This document shows, in pieces, positions 62,001-64,000 of a stretch of 64,000 nt of DNA. A program made the translations under genes and the position numbers. A model generated the notes under the pieces. It searched no databases and was not told the DNA's origin. It was given only the letters and a program-made list of their open reading frames with translations. The stretch lies in the NCBI GenBank assembly GCA_002189035.1, contig CM007989.1, positions 744,001 to 808,000 of the forward strand, read 5' to 3'. The first letter of the stretch is position 1; every line of letters starts with the position of its first letter. This stretch comes from Utricularia gibba. Taxonomy: Eukaryota > Plantae > Magnoliophyta.

Positions 62001-64000
62001 TCCACAACATTCTGAAGAATAAGTAAATCATATACTCAGAAATAATAGAATACAACAGATAAGGATCCTCAAAAATAATCTCTTTGTCCATGCCCTGACA
62101 TCAATCCAGGTCGAAAGCTACAGGTTTAAGTAAATAGAATTACCTTCTCTGGTACTACTTCTTTGTTCAACTCTTTTGGTGAATAGGATGAACTTGAACT
62201 AACTCCAGGTGTTCCAATACCACCCAGACCACCAATATATTTCTGGAGTGCAGCCGCACCCATGACCCTGGAAAAACTCAAAGTTAAAAAAAAAAAAAGA
62301 AAAAACCAAAGACAATAGATTCAATCCAAATGACAATCAACAAAATATGAGCAAAAAACAAGTGCTGGATCAGAAAATGTGGCAAGTAGAATCGTACCAG
62401 ACCAAGCCAACAGCAATGGTGAACAAGATCGTTGACACAACTTCTAGTGCAAATCGAGATGACTTGTTTGACATTTTAGGATCCACCTACAATGTAGAAG
62501 AACAAAAAAATATTTTTTAATCCTTTTCCAAAATGTTTATTATATTTGCAATAGTCTTCATCTTATTTCCTCCCCTTACCATCACAACATGCAATGGCTG
62601 CTTCTCTGATACACCAGGGCTTAAAAAAGGCTCCTCCATGTTGTTTGATGCACGTTGCTTTAACTCTTGTAGCTGCATAGAAAAACTCCTTTAGATTTCC
62701 TGTCAGAAAATTTTAGAACGAGAAACTAGTCCAAAAAGCAGCCTTTATAACATTTTCATTCTTTGATACCATAATAAAAGACGAAGCTGATCGACAGGCT
62801 GTTATACTGACATTTTCTCAAATATGCCGTCATGCTTTTTTTTTTAAAAAAACAGAAAGTAGGACAAGTGGCCCATGATATTGTTTGATATATGCTTGAT
62901 ATATATTCAAAGTAGAGGTCAATGGGAGCCCATGAAAATATTCTTGAAATTGAAATTCCGAAGACCATAAGTGAATAATTAAAAATTCTTGCTTCATTCA
63001 CATGAAGCATCGAGTGCAAATGCAAAATGAAAGAGTAAAGTTAGTCAAGTATGGAAAGTGTTCCTTAAGCATGGAAAGACAGTCTTGTTCAGGAAACGGA
63101 GTAGATAGATACCAAAGAAGGAAGACTAGTGGGCTTCCCTGACTGCTCATCAGGCAAATACTCAGCAATTGCATTAGTAGCAACAAGTGCTCGCAGATAC
63201 TCCACAACTCCTCGGCTGTCCACCGCATGCGCTCTTTGTTCAAAACGCTGGATAACAGCTTCAGGACTAAATGAACGGCAGAGAAAAATTTAGAAATGTT
63301 TTATTCCTTATAAGCTAACAGTTAAGTACCAAGGGAGTGAATGCAAGGTTACGTTAATCACAACCGTAGCTAATTTAGTACTTCCAGGAAACAACCAAAC
63401 CATTCAACTCTATGGACAGATTTACGGGTTCTAAATTGCATGCGTTAAATATCTAAAAACTAGGCGAAAGTGCAACTATTCCCATTCCCCTTGTCTATCA
63501 ATAAACGGAAAAAAAAAAAGAAGCTTTTGAACAAAATCTCCAAGACAATATCCTCGATTATCATTACCTGTGCTTATTAAGTTCAGCCAGAAGAGCACTC
63601 TGCTTTGCGGAGTCCTTGGGATTCGCATCAGCGTCCGCAATCAGTCGGTCCAACCGCTTCTCCTCCCGCAAAAATGGCCACCAACTGAGCCAATCAGAAT
63701 ACAGAACTTTGTCGAACCCATTTCTCATTCGTGTAAATACTCCCGTAAGAAATACAACCATCGGCAACCTGCTCTTCACCTCCTCATTATTATCCTTGAT
63801 CTCCACCCCTCCACTTGCAGAAATTTCAGTAACCACCGTCCCCTCATTAGATTCCACCACTTGGGGGTCATCAAGAGCAATCCCTTCATCAATGTAATCA
63901 CCAGCGGGGCTTTCATTTTCCGCATATGATGTACAAAAAATCCGGTGCCGTAAAAACCCAGACTTGGCAGAAGAAAACCCTACCCTTCCATTTTTCCTTC
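59039..64000 (-). CDS. FTSH11: ATP-dependent zinc metalloprotease FtsH11 (i-AAA type); 5' end lies beyond the window
   Basis: 17 exons traced in frame, from the open frame at 64000-63568 to the last exon 59197-59039. WLSWWPF...ADANPKD, Walker A GSPGTGKT, Walker B IFIDEID, TRPGRFD, zinc site HESGH, C-terminal EEELVLA. Confidence 0.95.

Overview
Gene-dense nuclear DNA from a eudicot plant with a compact genome: 22 recognisable protein-coding genes plus one pseudogene relic in 64 kb, many introns of 60-100 nt, and AT-rich intergenic spacers. An R1A/R1B-type NLR suggests an asterid, possibly Lamiales (inference). In order: CC-NB-LRR (-), PLS-E PPR (+), CPK17/34-type CDPK (+), cytosolic IleRS (-), HSP20/ACD membrane protein (+), DUF630/632 (-), GPI-type nsLTP (+), eIF2B-gamma (+), UBA-domain protein (+), Trp/Tyr permease (+), UBA2 RRM protein (+), GNAT (-), GIL1 (-), LSU (+), RPL9 relic (-), RPP1 (-), cytochrome b5 (-), YSL (-), MSP1/ATAD1 AAA (+), plastid-targeted unknown (-), P-class PPR (+), RRM protein (-), FtsH11 (-, 5' end beyond the window). 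Main caveat: I found 15 reading-frame breaks in 10 genes. Thirteen are repaired by adding one base (11 of them in short G/C runs) and two by removing one base from an A/T run. This looks like assembly homopolymer error, not mass pseudogenisation. Signals not explained by the ORF track: a decayed RPL9 gene, a U12-type intron, UPE-box-like sulfur elements upstream of LSU, a spliced uORF ending in a TAATG overlap, and an unexplained gene-like island at 38.5-40 kb. I saw no tRNA, rRNA, CRISPR array or intact transposon. Exon boundaries were read by eye and family calls rest on recalled motifs, not database searches.
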